In this document: piece after piece, positions 25,235 to 37,941 of the stretch
Layout: each line of letters begins with the position of its first letter
How positions within the stretch are numbered: the first letter of the stretch is position 1
Source: Epiperipatus broadwayi
Lineage: Eukaryota > Animalia > Onychophora
Direction: 5' to 3'
Assembly: GCA_028023455.1 (NCBI GenBank)
Contig: JAQFVV010000008.1
Location: 15,686,001-15,750,000, forward strand
DNA: 64,000 nucleotides
Made by a program: the position numbers and the translations under genes
The notes under the pieces: generated by a model
What the model was told of the DNA's origin: nothing
The model's database searches: none
The model's input: only the letters and a program-made list of their open reading frames with translations

Positions 25235-26680
25235 AAAATAAAATATTGAATGTCTTGAGAAAAATTAAAACTTTATTTAATCTTTCTAAAACATTCAATT
25301 GTTAGTCATAATACACAAGCTGATATATATAACACAATGTTTTGAAAGGTATAATCATCTTTCCTCTCTTTTTCAGGTGTTGCTAACCTAATCAGTGACA
25401 GTACTAGCATGAGAATTGAACATGGACCTTTAAGTTTATGAGTATTGAATTTAAGATAACACTAATTGAGCTGTTCTGTCAAATGCAACAGTCAATAAAA
25501 ATTTCATATATTTATCTATGAAGGTTTCCAAATCATTATGTATCAACACACTAGGTTGAGTTATGGGATTATTTATCATTGCCATGTGAGAAAATCATTC
25601 TAATTTTCTGCTTTCTATTTTTTCTTCTCTATCCAATATTTATGTATTTTCTCAATAGAGCATATGTTCATTGATACTTGCATGGTCTATTATTTTAGAT
25701 ACATTTGTTTTTGCTTTTCTAATTATCAGTTAGGGCTCTTTCAACCACTTTTCAATGGGATGGCTGATTTCACTAATATACATTCTTCCACATTCACATG
25801 GTATTTCATAAATGCAATTTTTATTTTTCAGCATTCCAAGTTTAGGTTTTGTAAATGTTAGAATTTTTTATAGTGCAATGTAGCTTTAGAAAGCTGTTCT
25901 GATGTCATATTGGTTGCAGATTTTCTTCCTGGAATGTGTGGATACATTAAAAAAAAAAAGTATAATGAGTAAAATATCAGAACAACTTTCCAAATCCATA
26001 TCACACTTTAAGGAATTCTAAGACCTATAAAACCTAATTTGAAATGCTGAAAAACAAAAACTGCATCTATGAAATACCATGTGAATGTGGAAGAATAATA
26101 TAATGGTGTGATTAGTCACCCATTAAAAAATAACTTAAAGAGTACAAACTGATGATTAAAAAAAGAAAATAATTTGTACCTAAAGTAGCAAACCATGTAT
26201 TTACCATTGAATGTGTGTTTGATTGAGAAAATACAAAAATATTGGATAGAGGGAAAAAGTACAAATAAAAATCCAAAAAAGCTGCTCACGTAACAATGCA
26301 AACAATGCCATAAGTCTACAATAGTGTGATAATACATAAATCTGGAAATCACTACTTAATTTTGTTCTTAGAAAAAAAGTAAAAAAATTAGAAGGACCCT
26401 CATAGATAATTGTATGAAATTTCTACTAACTGTGAACTTTGGCAGAATAGTTCTTGGTTAAAGCATTACCTTAAATTCAATATTCAAGGTTTGATTCCCA
26501 TGTTAGTACTGTCACTGGTAAGGCCAGCAATACCTGAAGAAGTAAGGAGAATAATACCATTCGAAACATTATGTTATATACTAATTTGTGTGCTATTATT
26601 AACAGTGGAATGTATTTAGAAAGTTTAAATAAAGTTCAAATTTTTTCTACAAACACTCAAATATTTAATATTAAATCATT
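25235..26680. mobile_element. Head-to-head inverted Penelope-like element 3' ends (GIY-YIG + tail)
   Basis: Minus arm (~25235-25945) and plus arm (~25960-26680) both encode KNKNCIYEIPCECGR.Y GIY-YIG remnants reading outward, with homologous tails; degenerate hammerhead-like CTGAAGA...GAAAC at 26534-26575 with a counterpart near 25330-25378. Confidence 0.85.
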
Positions 26681-26759
26681 TGAACAAATATTATTTCTCT
26701 TTTCTAGTTCTCACTGCAATTTATTTGAACATTTTACCAAAAAAAAAAGATAGTACTGT

Positions 26760-28295
26760 TTTTATTATTGTTATAATTTGCTGAATATGTTTTCAACATT
26801 AATTGTCAGAATCATAGTGCTTGTCTTTTATTGCAGAAAACAATACATTTAAATAAAGTGAGCATTATGTAAATGCTCTATTTACATAGTCCATTTCTTT
26901 GACAAGGTAACACAGAATTCGTTACTGTTTATAGTGTGGGTGTTGTTAGCAATGAACCAAGCTTCCTTGAATTTACACTTGCTATCATCAACTCAAGCAA
27001 ATCACTTTTACTCTTGACAGATCAAAAGTGTGATCATATTTGCTCTCAGGTTTTAGAAATACTGATCTATATTCAGATTCTATTTCACGTGGTATACAGT
27101 TATTTATGCTGTGCCACCTTTATAGCAATATTTGTCCATGATTCTCCATAATACATCACAAAGTAGGAGGAATTGTCGCACATGATTTCATATATGACAT
27201 GTGGGATTTGCTCTGAAAGTATTCTATCTTTTGCATTATTTATTAATCTGTTTAGAGTGTGGGGGGGGGGTGGTTTCTAAGGCTAACATTATATGTGTTA
27301 ACACAGATCTTTTTCAATCTTTACAAAACCCAGAGAAGGTAGGAGGGATTTATCCAAATTTTTACGTTTGGATGCTGTGAGGACAATTGAAAAGGAAGAT
27401 GAATTTAAAGGTATCAATTTCCTAGCTCTGTAGATACAAAAAACCAGTCATAATCTTGATTATAAGATGATTTTAAAGCCCTTAGAAGTTCGAGGAGTTA
27501 TTCATCGCATGACTCATACCCCTTCAAATCATAAAATAGCAGGTAGCCTTCGTATACAGAAACTTAAAATTGTGCAAGTACAAAACCGATCGTAAAAATA
27601 ATATTGATGCTTATATTAAGGACCTACTGACACTAAGATATAACTATAACAAACTAATTAACATTGTGAAGAAGTTTTAAGCAAAAATAAACAAACCATC
27701 CTACTAGCAGACAGAGCTAACACCATGGATAAGTCTCCCCTACATTCCCAGGGTTTCACAAAGATTAAAAAATGTGTTAACCTTAGACCTCCTCCTACTT
27801 TTAACAAATTAATAAATAATGCAAAAGATAAACTCTCTTCAGAGCAAACCCCATAAGTCATATATAAAATCACAAGCAGCAATTCCTTCTATTGCATGGT
27901 GTATTATAGGAAATCAAAGGCAAATATTGTTACAAGGGTGGGCAGCATAAATATATGTACAGCCACATGAAAAAGAACTCTGAATATAGATTAGTATTTC
28001 TAGAACATGAGAGAGAATATGGGTCACACTAGACCAGTGAGAAGAAAAGTGATTTACTCTGAGCAGAATAATAGTAAGTGTAAATTCAAGGAAGCATATT
28101 CATTGCTAACAACACCCATTCTAGAAACAAGAAAGAATCCTGTGTTACCTTCTCAAAGAAATAAAATATGTAAATAGGGTATTTTACATAATGGCATTTC
28201 ATTTAAATGTTGTACTGCTTTCTGCGGCAAAAGACAAACACTATAATTCTGACAGTTAAGGTTGAAAACATGCCCAGCAAATTATAATAATAAAA
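26760..28295. mobile_element. Second head-to-head Penelope-like insertion (RT thumb + GIY-YIG)
   Basis: Plus arm 27280-28295 has Penelope RT C-terminal motifs (TIEKEDEFKGINFL...LKP...IHRMTHTPSNHKIA) then NNAKDKL..IYKI; 26760-27255 is an inverted diverged copy of ~27805-28295. Confidence 0.8.
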
Positions 28296-28520
28296 ATCAT
28301 ATATAATTAGTATTAAAATGCCATCATCACAAACCTTCAGTCAAACTTTTTTAATAATTTCAAAACTTCCTCTTTTTTAAAGTTGCTAATCACTGCTAGT
28401 ACATGTGTGTGTAAAAAAATGGAATGTATAGCATTTTCATAATTTATATAACTTTAATGTACTGGATGTGGATAGTCACTACATTTTTTTAAATTATTTC
28501 ATTACAACTTAAAAATGATT

Positions 28521-28630
28521 GTCTTACATTGGTGGTCGAGAGGTCAGCGCGACTGCTTTGCACTTGCAGGCAGTTGCCCGGGTTGCGGGTTCGCGTCCCG
28601 GCCGATGCTATGACACTTAAAAAAAAAAAA
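28521..28630 (+). mobile_element. Short tRNA-Gly-derived SINE / tRNA retrocopy with A-tail
   Basis: A box TGGTCGAGAGG, B box GGTTCGCGTCCC, tRNA-Gly-like ends (CATTGGTGG...CCCGGCCGATGC), A14 tail, perfect 15-bp TSD AACTTAAAAATGATT (28506-28520, 28631-28645); CpGs intact. Confidence 0.88.
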
Positions 28631-29099
28631 AACTTAAAAATGATTCACATTATTTGATAAGAATTATTTTAAAACCATCAACTTTTCTTTTTTTCATTTC
28701 TATATTTGCTTAATTAACTTTGAAAGCCATTGTGATGAGTTGTAATTTAAAATCTATAATTAAGTTATAATACAAGCTATAATAAAGAATTCATTTTTAA
28801 AAATGGCAAACATACAAAAAAATGATAAGCATGAGGTACAATAAGTTATATCATTAGCTTGAACATTATATTATTAGAATTGCTATTATATGGATAGTTT
28901 ATTATTAATAATATTATGTCAATGGATTTTTTTTTTTTTTTAAAAAAAAAAAAGATTGGAAAACAATTCTTTATAAAAAATGTTTAATTAGATAAATGTC
29001 ATTTATGTTTATTCTATGTGTTGACATTAACAAAGCAATATTATTTGCTTACATTTGAATTTTTAATTAATATTGACAAATGCCAGTACTAACAAGCTT

Positions 29100-30150
29100 A
29101 AGCTCTATAAAAAAATAAATAAGAAAATTAAAACTTAATATTACTGATCAAAAAGAAAATCACAAATTGGCTGAAATCTAACATATAAAACAAAGAATTA
29201 ACTCATAATGACCATCTATTTCTTCTGTAGTGAATTCTCTATTAAAAATTTCAATAATCAAATTACCTTTTTTAGCATTTTTTCTTATACATCTTATTAA
29301 AATCAAATGAATGTCAGTGTTTATATAAATAATGATATAAAATATCAGGTATTATTAAGTCCCTAGCTTCAAATATCAATTGACAATTATTAAATTTTAA
29401 ATAAATAATGCTGCTTAAAGTGCTAACATTATAATTAATAAAGTAAAACGTTTTTGGATTTTTAGTTCAGCTTACTATTTTATCAATATCTGCTTTTCAT
29501 ATAAAGCTTCTCAGCAATACAGTCTATAAGTATCATATTGAAAGAAGCTTGTCAAAGTTTGCTATTCATACTTTATAAGTTGATTTTTCTCTAAACTGAA
29601 TTAAATTCCAATCATTTCCAAGTTGAAAAGTCAAAATGTAACTATTTAGTCATTAGCATTTATATCATTACAAAAAATAATTCTGGAAATTAACTAATAA
29701 TCAAGATTACTAAATTACCAGCTGACATTATATATGTTTATTTTTAAGTTTTTAATTCCCAAACTGATAATCAATTATGCTAATTAATAATGTCATTTTG
29801 GTAAATAATTATGGCCTTTAGATCTAGCCCATTGAGTGCTTAGTTTTTACAATTGATGTGACATAAAAATTCCTTCTCTACTTTAAATTTTTTGTCTTTT
29901 AAGCTTTTCAAAATGTTGAGCCAATTTCTAATTATTTTGAATATCACATTTTTGAAATGGGGAAATTTTATTGAATTTTTTTCAAAGTATCATTATATGC
30001 TGAAAAATCTGATTTGGCAATGACATGTTGAATACTTATCTATCAGATTTTTAACTGCAACACATCTACTTCATCATATCAGAAATATTTTCACAGAGAG
30101 ATAATATCTAGAAAAGATCCAAATAATTATTTTTTATATTATAATTTCAT
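29100..30150 (-). pseudogene. Decayed CR1/Jockey-like LINE RT remnant
   Basis: Degenerate QG..LGP..F...ND-like motif around 29790-29840; very eroded; boundaries approximate. Confidence 0.3.
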
Positions 30151-30373
30151 AAACTCTTATAATTTTTCCTAGAGATTTTAAAAAATGATGCTATAAATGA
30201 TTTTTTATTTTCTTCATATTTTAAGTTAGTTTGTTGTTTACTTCACCTAATCCACTTCTCAATCTTCTTTGATATCCTAACCAATGATATGATATGCAAC
30301 TCTTGGATTACAATGAGAATTTTGAGAGATCATGGAATTCTCAAAAAATTTATACATAACAATAATAAAATTT

Positions 30374-30877
30374 AATATAGACTGAAAAATTTTAAGTTCA
30401 AATACCTCTATTTATATATATATAAGAAATGAATTTATTATAGCAATTCATCATTATATTTACTAAAATTGAAGGTTATTATATTATATCATAGTATAAG
30501 ATGAGCCCATCTCTCTTCTATTAATATATAATATGTAATGCTCCGATAGCTCCAATAATATGAGGGGTTAGTTTGACGTAATGTCTACATGGGTATGACT
30601 ACAATATCAAATCCAATAAGGGCTTCGAGTGTTCCATCATTGGTTTTTCAATGAAATGGACAGTTGAATAGTTAGAAGGGTCAGAAGATTGAAGTCTATC
30701 CATTAGAGTTTAAGAAATTGCTATCTTAATATAAGCCGAGCATTGATTGCATATATGTGTGGGATATTGAGGATCATCTATTTTTTTGCATGTATATGAT
30801 CATGTGTATAAGTTGTATGAGCATGGTGGATGAATATAAACTGAAAAATCCTAAGTTCAAATCCCTCTACTTATATA
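30374..30877. repeat. 45-bp direct repeat pair, 459 bp apart, around a slightly GC-richer spacer
   Basis: 30374-30418 vs 30833-30877, 5 mismatches. Confidence 0.8.
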
Positions 30878-33705
30878 ATGCATCTTATTTTTATATTAAC
30901 CGAACAGAAGTTATACTGGGCGCATCTTGTTTCTCCCACTACTAAACTTCCATCACCCTTAAGTTAAATAAAGAAGTCTGAATGTACAAGGTCAAGAGGT
31001 GTAGTGTGATTCAAAATTTGAAAAAGTACAAATGTGTTCTGCTTATATTTTTAAATTCTTTATTATGTTAAGTGCATTTTTTTTCTTTTATTAATTATCT
31101 ATTTCAATTATCCTCCCTGCATACTAATAAATATATAGTTAATATTTTTAAATCTAGGACCTTTTTAAATGAAAAAGAAGATCAGCTGACGTTCGTGCAA
31201 TGAAATATTACACATTAAATTTAAGTCATTAACTTAACAAAAACTTTGCATGTAGATTTAAAATGATTATTCCAAAATGAAAAAAAAAGGCAGTAAAAGT
31301 TTTAATTGAATTTGCATCACTGCCTTTATGTGAAGGTGGCTTCATAAAATTAACTTGCTATTAAAACAAAATATTAATCATAATTAGACCCAGAAAATAA
31401 TTTATGGCTTTCAACCTTTAATACTGAACCAACCATAGAAATAATTATCAATTTTATGGGCATTTAAGTTTTATATTAATTATTTAATTAAATATGTTTT
31501 TTAATTAAATGTGTTAAAATTCTTTTTCTATTTAATTTTTTTTTTTTGTTTGTTTCTATAACTTAAGTAAAATAATATATACTTATATAAAGATAAATTA
31601 TACATTCTCATTTATTTATTTATTGTTTATACAATATAAATAAAATTATATAAACTTATGTACATGTAAATTATATATAAATGTTTTAAGGTAATTATTT
31701 CCTAATTATATGTTTCATTATTCTTCTAAATTAATCAATTTATTAGTTACATAGAAATTCTGTCTAAGAAATGGAGTTACTTAGAATTCTGTCCAAAAAA
31801 AAAGAGAGCCATGAACAAAAATAGATGGCATATCACTATTCAAGACTAAATGCTACTAAAATAATAGCAGAAATCTATAAAACATTACAGTTAGCATATA
31901 TTTTTATTGTCAGGGCAATAAAATATTTTATGCATAAATTTCTTAAGCTCATTAGTAAAAATTGCTAGCAGTATCTTGAAGATAGTAGCAGAGAATATTT
32001 TATGACTTTTATCTAAATTAAATTGAACTCATTTCTAGTAATAGTGCTGATATTGTTATTTGGTGAGAACTATACATTTTAATCTTCAGAACAGAAAAGA
32101 AGGCTTGTGAAGCCATAGACACCTAAATAGTTATTATCATTGGCTCTTAGACATGAAGATGTGCCATCATAATCATTTTTTTATCTGCATACTTTGAACA
32201 AGGTTCTGGAAAGATTAAAATGAAATTAATATCTGTATTTCTATCATTCCAGAATATTCATTTAATTAAAGATAAGGATTAGATTTGAAGATAAAGTTGG
32301 AGCCTTCTTGGGGTAAATAGCAATATGATGAACTATATATGATCATTTCCTTTTCTCCTCTTATTTATACTTTCTACTAATAAATAATTTGATTAGTGAA
32401 AATAATTCTTAATTAACTATGCAAATATATTATTATAAATACTAAAAATAATCAATTTTGTTCAGAGAATTAGTTCTTTGTAGAGTTTTAGTATCAACAT
32501 ATTTCTCTCTCTCATTTCTTGAAGCTATATGAGATTTTTGTCATTAAATTTCAGATTCTTTTCCTTTTTTTAATATCTTATTTCCAGTATCATATTTTTT
32601 TTACTTTACTAAAGAAAGATGATAAGCAGATTATAAATGAAAGAAAAACAGCTATAACAAGAATAAAGTTGTTTTCTGTATGTGTTGACTGTCTAGATGA
32701 AAGGTATGCATGCATGTGCTCAGTCAGTTGCTGATTGTAATAATGCAAATGGGGAACATACTCGAAGAGTTTATCCAATGTTAGCATGCTGTTATGAATT
32801 TTTTAGATAGAAGAATTTACTACAAAGGATATTCCTAAAATAAATATTTCCTGTATATGGTATACAATGTTGGTCATAAAAAGCAATTCTTAATCCTAAT
32901 TATCATCATAATTATAACCGGACAGAAATAAAAAAGAAATATGTAAGTGACTGAAACAAAAAACTTCTATGACACTATTTTTGCAAGTTTGATGATGCAA
33001 TAGAACAAATGTTAGAATGTAGTTTTGAAGGAATGAAAAAAAAAACTAAAGACAATTTTTAAAAATGAATAGTAATAAGTATTTGAAGAAGAAAGCAAAG
33101 TATAGGAGATCTCAAAGCAGACAATACTTACAGGACTTACAAATTAGAAAAGATTTGAATAAAACAGTTATGAGAACTTATGATCCAAGGATGAAAATCA
33201 GAATAAAAGTATAGTTTTTCAACAGAAAAAATTCCAAGTAAAGTCATGACATTTTTTTTTCCAGGTAGGTAGACTGTAATTAAGTCATGTAACCACCCAA
33301 TACTGATTTGAAAATAGCAGAAGAATGTTGTTGCATTAACCATTTAAAAAAAAAAAATTGTTATAATATATGTTACTACTGGTGAATAAAATATCACACA
33401 CCTTATAAGTTCAAAACTCATGGTTTACTTTTATTTGATTATTATCATAAGGATTTTATAATTTGTTTATTCACTTGACCAATCAGGTTGTTTTTTACTT
33501 GAACTTTATGCAGCTTTGTTTAAGAGATTAATACTACTGAATAAAAATATAATAATAAATTTATATATTCTTGACAAATTATTTGTAGTGGTCAAACTAG
33601 TTATTAGCATAACAATCTTTTAATCCAGGCTTTAAATTACATTATTAAAAGAATTAATTAAAATATAAATATCAAAATATATATACACATTAATTTGTTA
33701 TTTAC

Positions 33706-33854
33706 CTGACTAGAAATAATTTCACTTCTTTCACTGATGACCTGTTGCATCATTTTACTTTCAATCCAGGATATGATGTCTTTTTTGACATTTTCCAACA
33801 CAGACTGTTTTTTCACATGGATGATAAAATTGACTTCTGGATTACCAATAGGAC
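33706..33854 (-). CDS. PARP14-like: PARP14-like gene, post-macro linker exon
   Basis: CATTAG acceptor and GTAAAT donor; 149 nt, phase 1 to 0: (S)PIGNPEVNFIIHVKKQSVLENVKKDIISWIESKMMQQVISERSEIISSQ; in frame with both neighbouring exons. Confidence 0.72.
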
Positions 33855-34251
33855 CTAATGCTAAATATAGAAATTAACTGTGTACATATGTTATATGAGA
33901 CCATTCAAAAATAGATCTGCTGATTCTAAAGTATTTCCTGACCTTTACTGTCAGCAAATAATAAAAAACTGATTATTATCACTTATCATTTGGTAAATAT
34001 GTATATATATTAAAATCAAATGTTCATGCAATAACAATATAAGCATAGATTTTGAATTCCTTTGTATATTTGCTTTATATTAATTTTAGCATTTTATTAA
34101 TATTTTGTCTGGATCCCATTTGCCAACATTCAGGTAGTAGAAAACACTGAATGATGTTGCAGGGCTGTGATGCAAACAAAAGATTGATATAATGCTAATA
34201 TTAATAAAAAAGATATACAAGGACAGATCTATAACAAATATATATATATAT

Positions 34252-36357
34252 TGTGCCGGATGAAAGCTTTTTAATTTCGTCTATCAATCTATTCTGATAC
34301 AGAGGGCGCCACCAGACCACTATGTGTCTGGAAAATTTGTTTACTGTGATCAGAATAGATGATGATGATGGTTTACGCCGACTAGACTCAGGGAGAAACA
34401 AGAGATCTTAAATTGTTTAGACAATTGAGACAAAAAGCACAAAGACAAACGTCAGCCAAATTAAGTTTAAATATATTTAATAAAATTTTATTCAGAGAAG
34501 AATAACTTATAAGAAAAGTTTATAAGTTAACAAATATGATTAGCTCAGGCGTGTACCAGAAAGACTAAATGCAATGCTCTGGCAGATCTACTGATTCTCT
34601 AATAAACAAATTTAAAAGGGAGAAAACAAATTTCATTCAGCAGAGGATTCATCCAAACATTGGTTCTCACTTTCAGATATTCAAACAATATATCCTTGAA
34701 ATAGATCAAAGAAACCAGTGCCGATGAACTTTTCGAGATCTAAACATGGTCAGACCTCGAATGTCCTTATATCGGTATGAACTGCACCTATTACTATGTT
34801 TAAAATAACGGTGACTGATCCACCTCAAGAACAACCGAAAAAAAAGATTGAAAGGAAGTAAAACAATTAAAAACTGGTGAATCCCAGCCAAACAATTGGC
34901 GAAAATTACTTTAAAATTAATAATTAAAGGTCTCAATAAGGGACAAGTAAATAATTAAAAAAACAGTTACGTCTGCCCCAGCATTTAAAGAAAATAAACT
35001 TACAAACAAATTCTGAGTACACGCTCTGATAAATTTAAAGCACACATAATAAATACAAAAAGAAATCTATCGGAGAGTGCACATGAGTACGAAATATTAA
35101 AAGTTTAAATACTCCAGCAGAACAAAAGTATTGCTCACCTGTAATTTAAAGAGGGATATATTTTATCTTCCTGCTGACAGCTTATAAAATTACAAAGAAA
35201 AACAATTCTAATTTCCGCCTTCAGCGATATAAGAAACGAAATCCCCATCTGCGGAAAATTAGACAATAAAGTCGTCAGCCAAAAGATTTGAGGTTTAGCA
35301 ATAGGGCAAACATAGAGTTTAAAATTAATTATTGAATATTAACATAATTACAGGTAAGCATTTAAAAGTCATGACTGCCAAAGCATTTATAAAAATACAT
35401 AAAAATAGAAAACTCACTCGTCACTCTCCAATAAACAAAAATTGAAACCAACTTGGAATCTTAAAACTAAGATTCCAAGATACACTACAAAATATTACAA
35501 AACACAGCAAATATTAAATATGACGCTATATAAATTACTTAAGCTTATGAATACATATTTATGATTAGACTGAGCGGAGATTTAATAAGAATTAATTTAC
35601 CCTGGGAAGAATAAAAACGAAAATAGTTACCTTTCGGTAAAAGCAAAGTTCACGTAGAGTGCACACTATTATTTTAGTTCATTTTCAGGTCTTTAGACAG
35701 CAAGGTAGATGTAAAGAGGTTCCGGCTTCTTCTAGGTGTTTAAGGCATTACTGGAGCAAAGTTGGAAGTCAGGGATCCGTCTTTTGTTGAGTTAGCAAGC
35801 CATTCGGGTGGTGACAACACGTATAGAATTTTTCATCTTGTTGCAAGCAAAAGTATTTAATAACAGCTAATGTCCTTTAAGAATTTAAATGTCCGCGCTG
35901 ATATAAACTTTCACTTGAAAAACAGCTTGTCTAGTTATGAATAAGGAATTAGCTGACACTCCAAATTTTCGGGGCTATTTATACGTTGCTCCATTTCCCG
36001 CGAAACGCTTTCCTTGTTGTCCAATTTCTACGCCTTAGGCACAGCAAATATTAATCTCCCACTCAATCTAATCTAGGAATTCTACTCAGGGATTATTGAA
36101 ATGAAAACAACTACATAAAAATCAAATCTCTGCTATTACAATAAAAGCCACAGGAATGTAATTAGCTAGGTTCGTTGTTTTTTTAATTAATTGATTTAAA
36201 GTAAAAACAAGCGGTATAAGAAAATTATTTTAAAATAAATCGATAACACTGAATGTATTTTGATACACATATTCTTTTTAAATAATAATAAAAATTTAAA
36301 CATTAAACGTTTTAACAAAATTAGGTTTAGTGAAGATTAAAACTTCATCGGATTTCA
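34252..36357 (-). repeat. 3' LTR (2106 bp)
   Basis: Near-identical to 37942-40049; minus-strand TATAAATA at 35976-35983. Confidence 0.92.
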
Positions 36358-36703
36358 ATCATTCAACTGCCTCAAAACGTGATCAAAAAAAAACATTTCT
36401 GTAACTTTTTTTTTTTTTAAACTATAAACACTTTAAAAATATTCTTAGAAATTCGGCTGAACGTTTGCCTCACACTCATGAAAAATAAGACAATATTTCA
36501 TTTTAATCAAAACCTTTCTCCATTCTCGTAATTCATTAACAAAATCTGTTTTTATTTTTATTAAAAACAATCCATCCGATTGCTAAATGCTGAACCCTTA
36601 ACTTTTGTCCGGCGGTTCTTTTACTCTGCTTACTAACTTACTGAAATAAGTTCCTTTCCCTCTCTTATATTTTCTTAGCTTATATAAATTTCTCGTCTCT
36701 TTC

Positions 36704-37440
36704 TCATTCTATTTTGTTTTCTATCTCATATAATGGAAAACTGTTTTGCCGAGCAAAACACCTTTCTACTAAGTGTCCCCTTTTACTACTCATACTATCA
36801 GCATTAGTATACGGAAAGAATTTATCGTCTATGAACTTTTTGACTGTTTGACCTAAGATCCTTCTATATATGGCTTCTATTTCACCCTTAAAATCATATT
36901 TCTTAATCTTTTTATTAATTCTTTTCTTCTTTTCAAACTCATATTCAACACAAACAGTTATTAAAACCAATTTATTTTTAGTTTCACACGGAGACTCTTC
37001 TACCTACTTTTCTGTTTTTACCTTATAACTTTCTTCTATTGCTTTATTTACATTTACTAAATTTTCCGCCACACTTTCTGCTTGTAAACCATCTGTGCTT
37101 ATTTCTAACTTTATTTCCATCTTCTCTGTTTTAACACTATCCTGTGCTACTTCAATTTCTATATCTTTTATGACATCTACTTTTTCTACGTCCTGACTTT
37201 CTTCTACTTCTCCCATCATTTCTCATCTCATTTCTTTCATTTCCCTAATCATTTCTTCCTTCATTGCCTGCTGGCCCTGCTTAACTTCACTAATTTCTTC
37301 CTTCATTGCCTGTTGGCCCTGCTTAATTTCCTCCTTTATTTCCGCTTTAAACTCTGCCATCATTGCTTGCTGACTTTTTTGAATTCACTCAAATACTCCT
37401 TCATTTCTATTACCAACTTCATCAACATCTTCATCATCAT
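36704..37440 (-). pseudogene. Disrupted gag-like coiled-coil region
   Basis: EEIKQGQQAMKEEISEVKQGQQAMKEEMIREMKEM repeats, then ORFs 37004-37219 and 36704-36970, separated by stops; located just downstream of the PBS. Confidence 0.6.
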
Positions 37441-37544
37441 CATCTGTGACTCACTCTCTTCTTTGTTAACTATTCCCATTTTTGCACCAGACTAAATTTG
37501 CAATACTAACTTCTTAAAAAAAATCTAAAAATCTAAAAGCAAAT

Positions 37545-37783
37545 AAAACGCTATTTACTGTTTTCTATAAATTATTTCATAACAAAGACGAACTATATTT
37601 AACTCTTCAAATAAAATTACTCCGACAGATTTTTTGAAAATACGCTTTCTAAGTTTCTAAATTATTTCATTAAAAGGAAGACGAACTATATTTAACTCTT
37701 CAAATAAAATTACTCCAACAGACTTTTTGTAAAATACTCTTTTTACTGTTTATAACTTATTTCATTAAAAAGAAGACGAACTC
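37545..37783. repeat. ~94-bp tandem repeat (about 2.5 copies) in the element 5' UTR
   Basis: GACGAACT recurs at 37587, 37680 and 37775, with shared ATTTCAT and AACTCTTCAAATAAAATTACTCC blocks. Confidence 0.85.
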
Positions 37784-37911
37784 CATTCTACCAAACTGCT
37801 CCAAAATACATGCAATAATTAACAAAACCGAACTCCACCTACTAAATCTTGCCTCTTATACCTGAAATCTTTCTCAATTGTCTAACAAAATCTCACATAG
37901 TTTTAATATTG

Positions 37912-37929
37912 GCCCCACGTTGGGCGCCA
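37912..37929 (-). promoter_or_regulatory. Primer-binding site, tRNA-Lys(CUU) (Lys1,2)
   Basis: Minus strand TGGCGCCCAACGTGGGGC, the canonical 18-nt Lys1,2 PBS, 12 nt inside the 5' LTR end. Confidence 0.92.
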
Positions 37930-37941
37930 AACTTCCTATTA

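Noticed and set aside
28526-28608. Functional tRNA-Gly gene
   Set aside because: Anticodon arm is replaced by an extended hairpin; A-tail and TSD indicate a retroposed SINE-like copy.
32650-33150. Faint pogo/Tigger-like transposase resemblance (NANGEH...)
   Set aside because: Too degenerate; no TIRs found.
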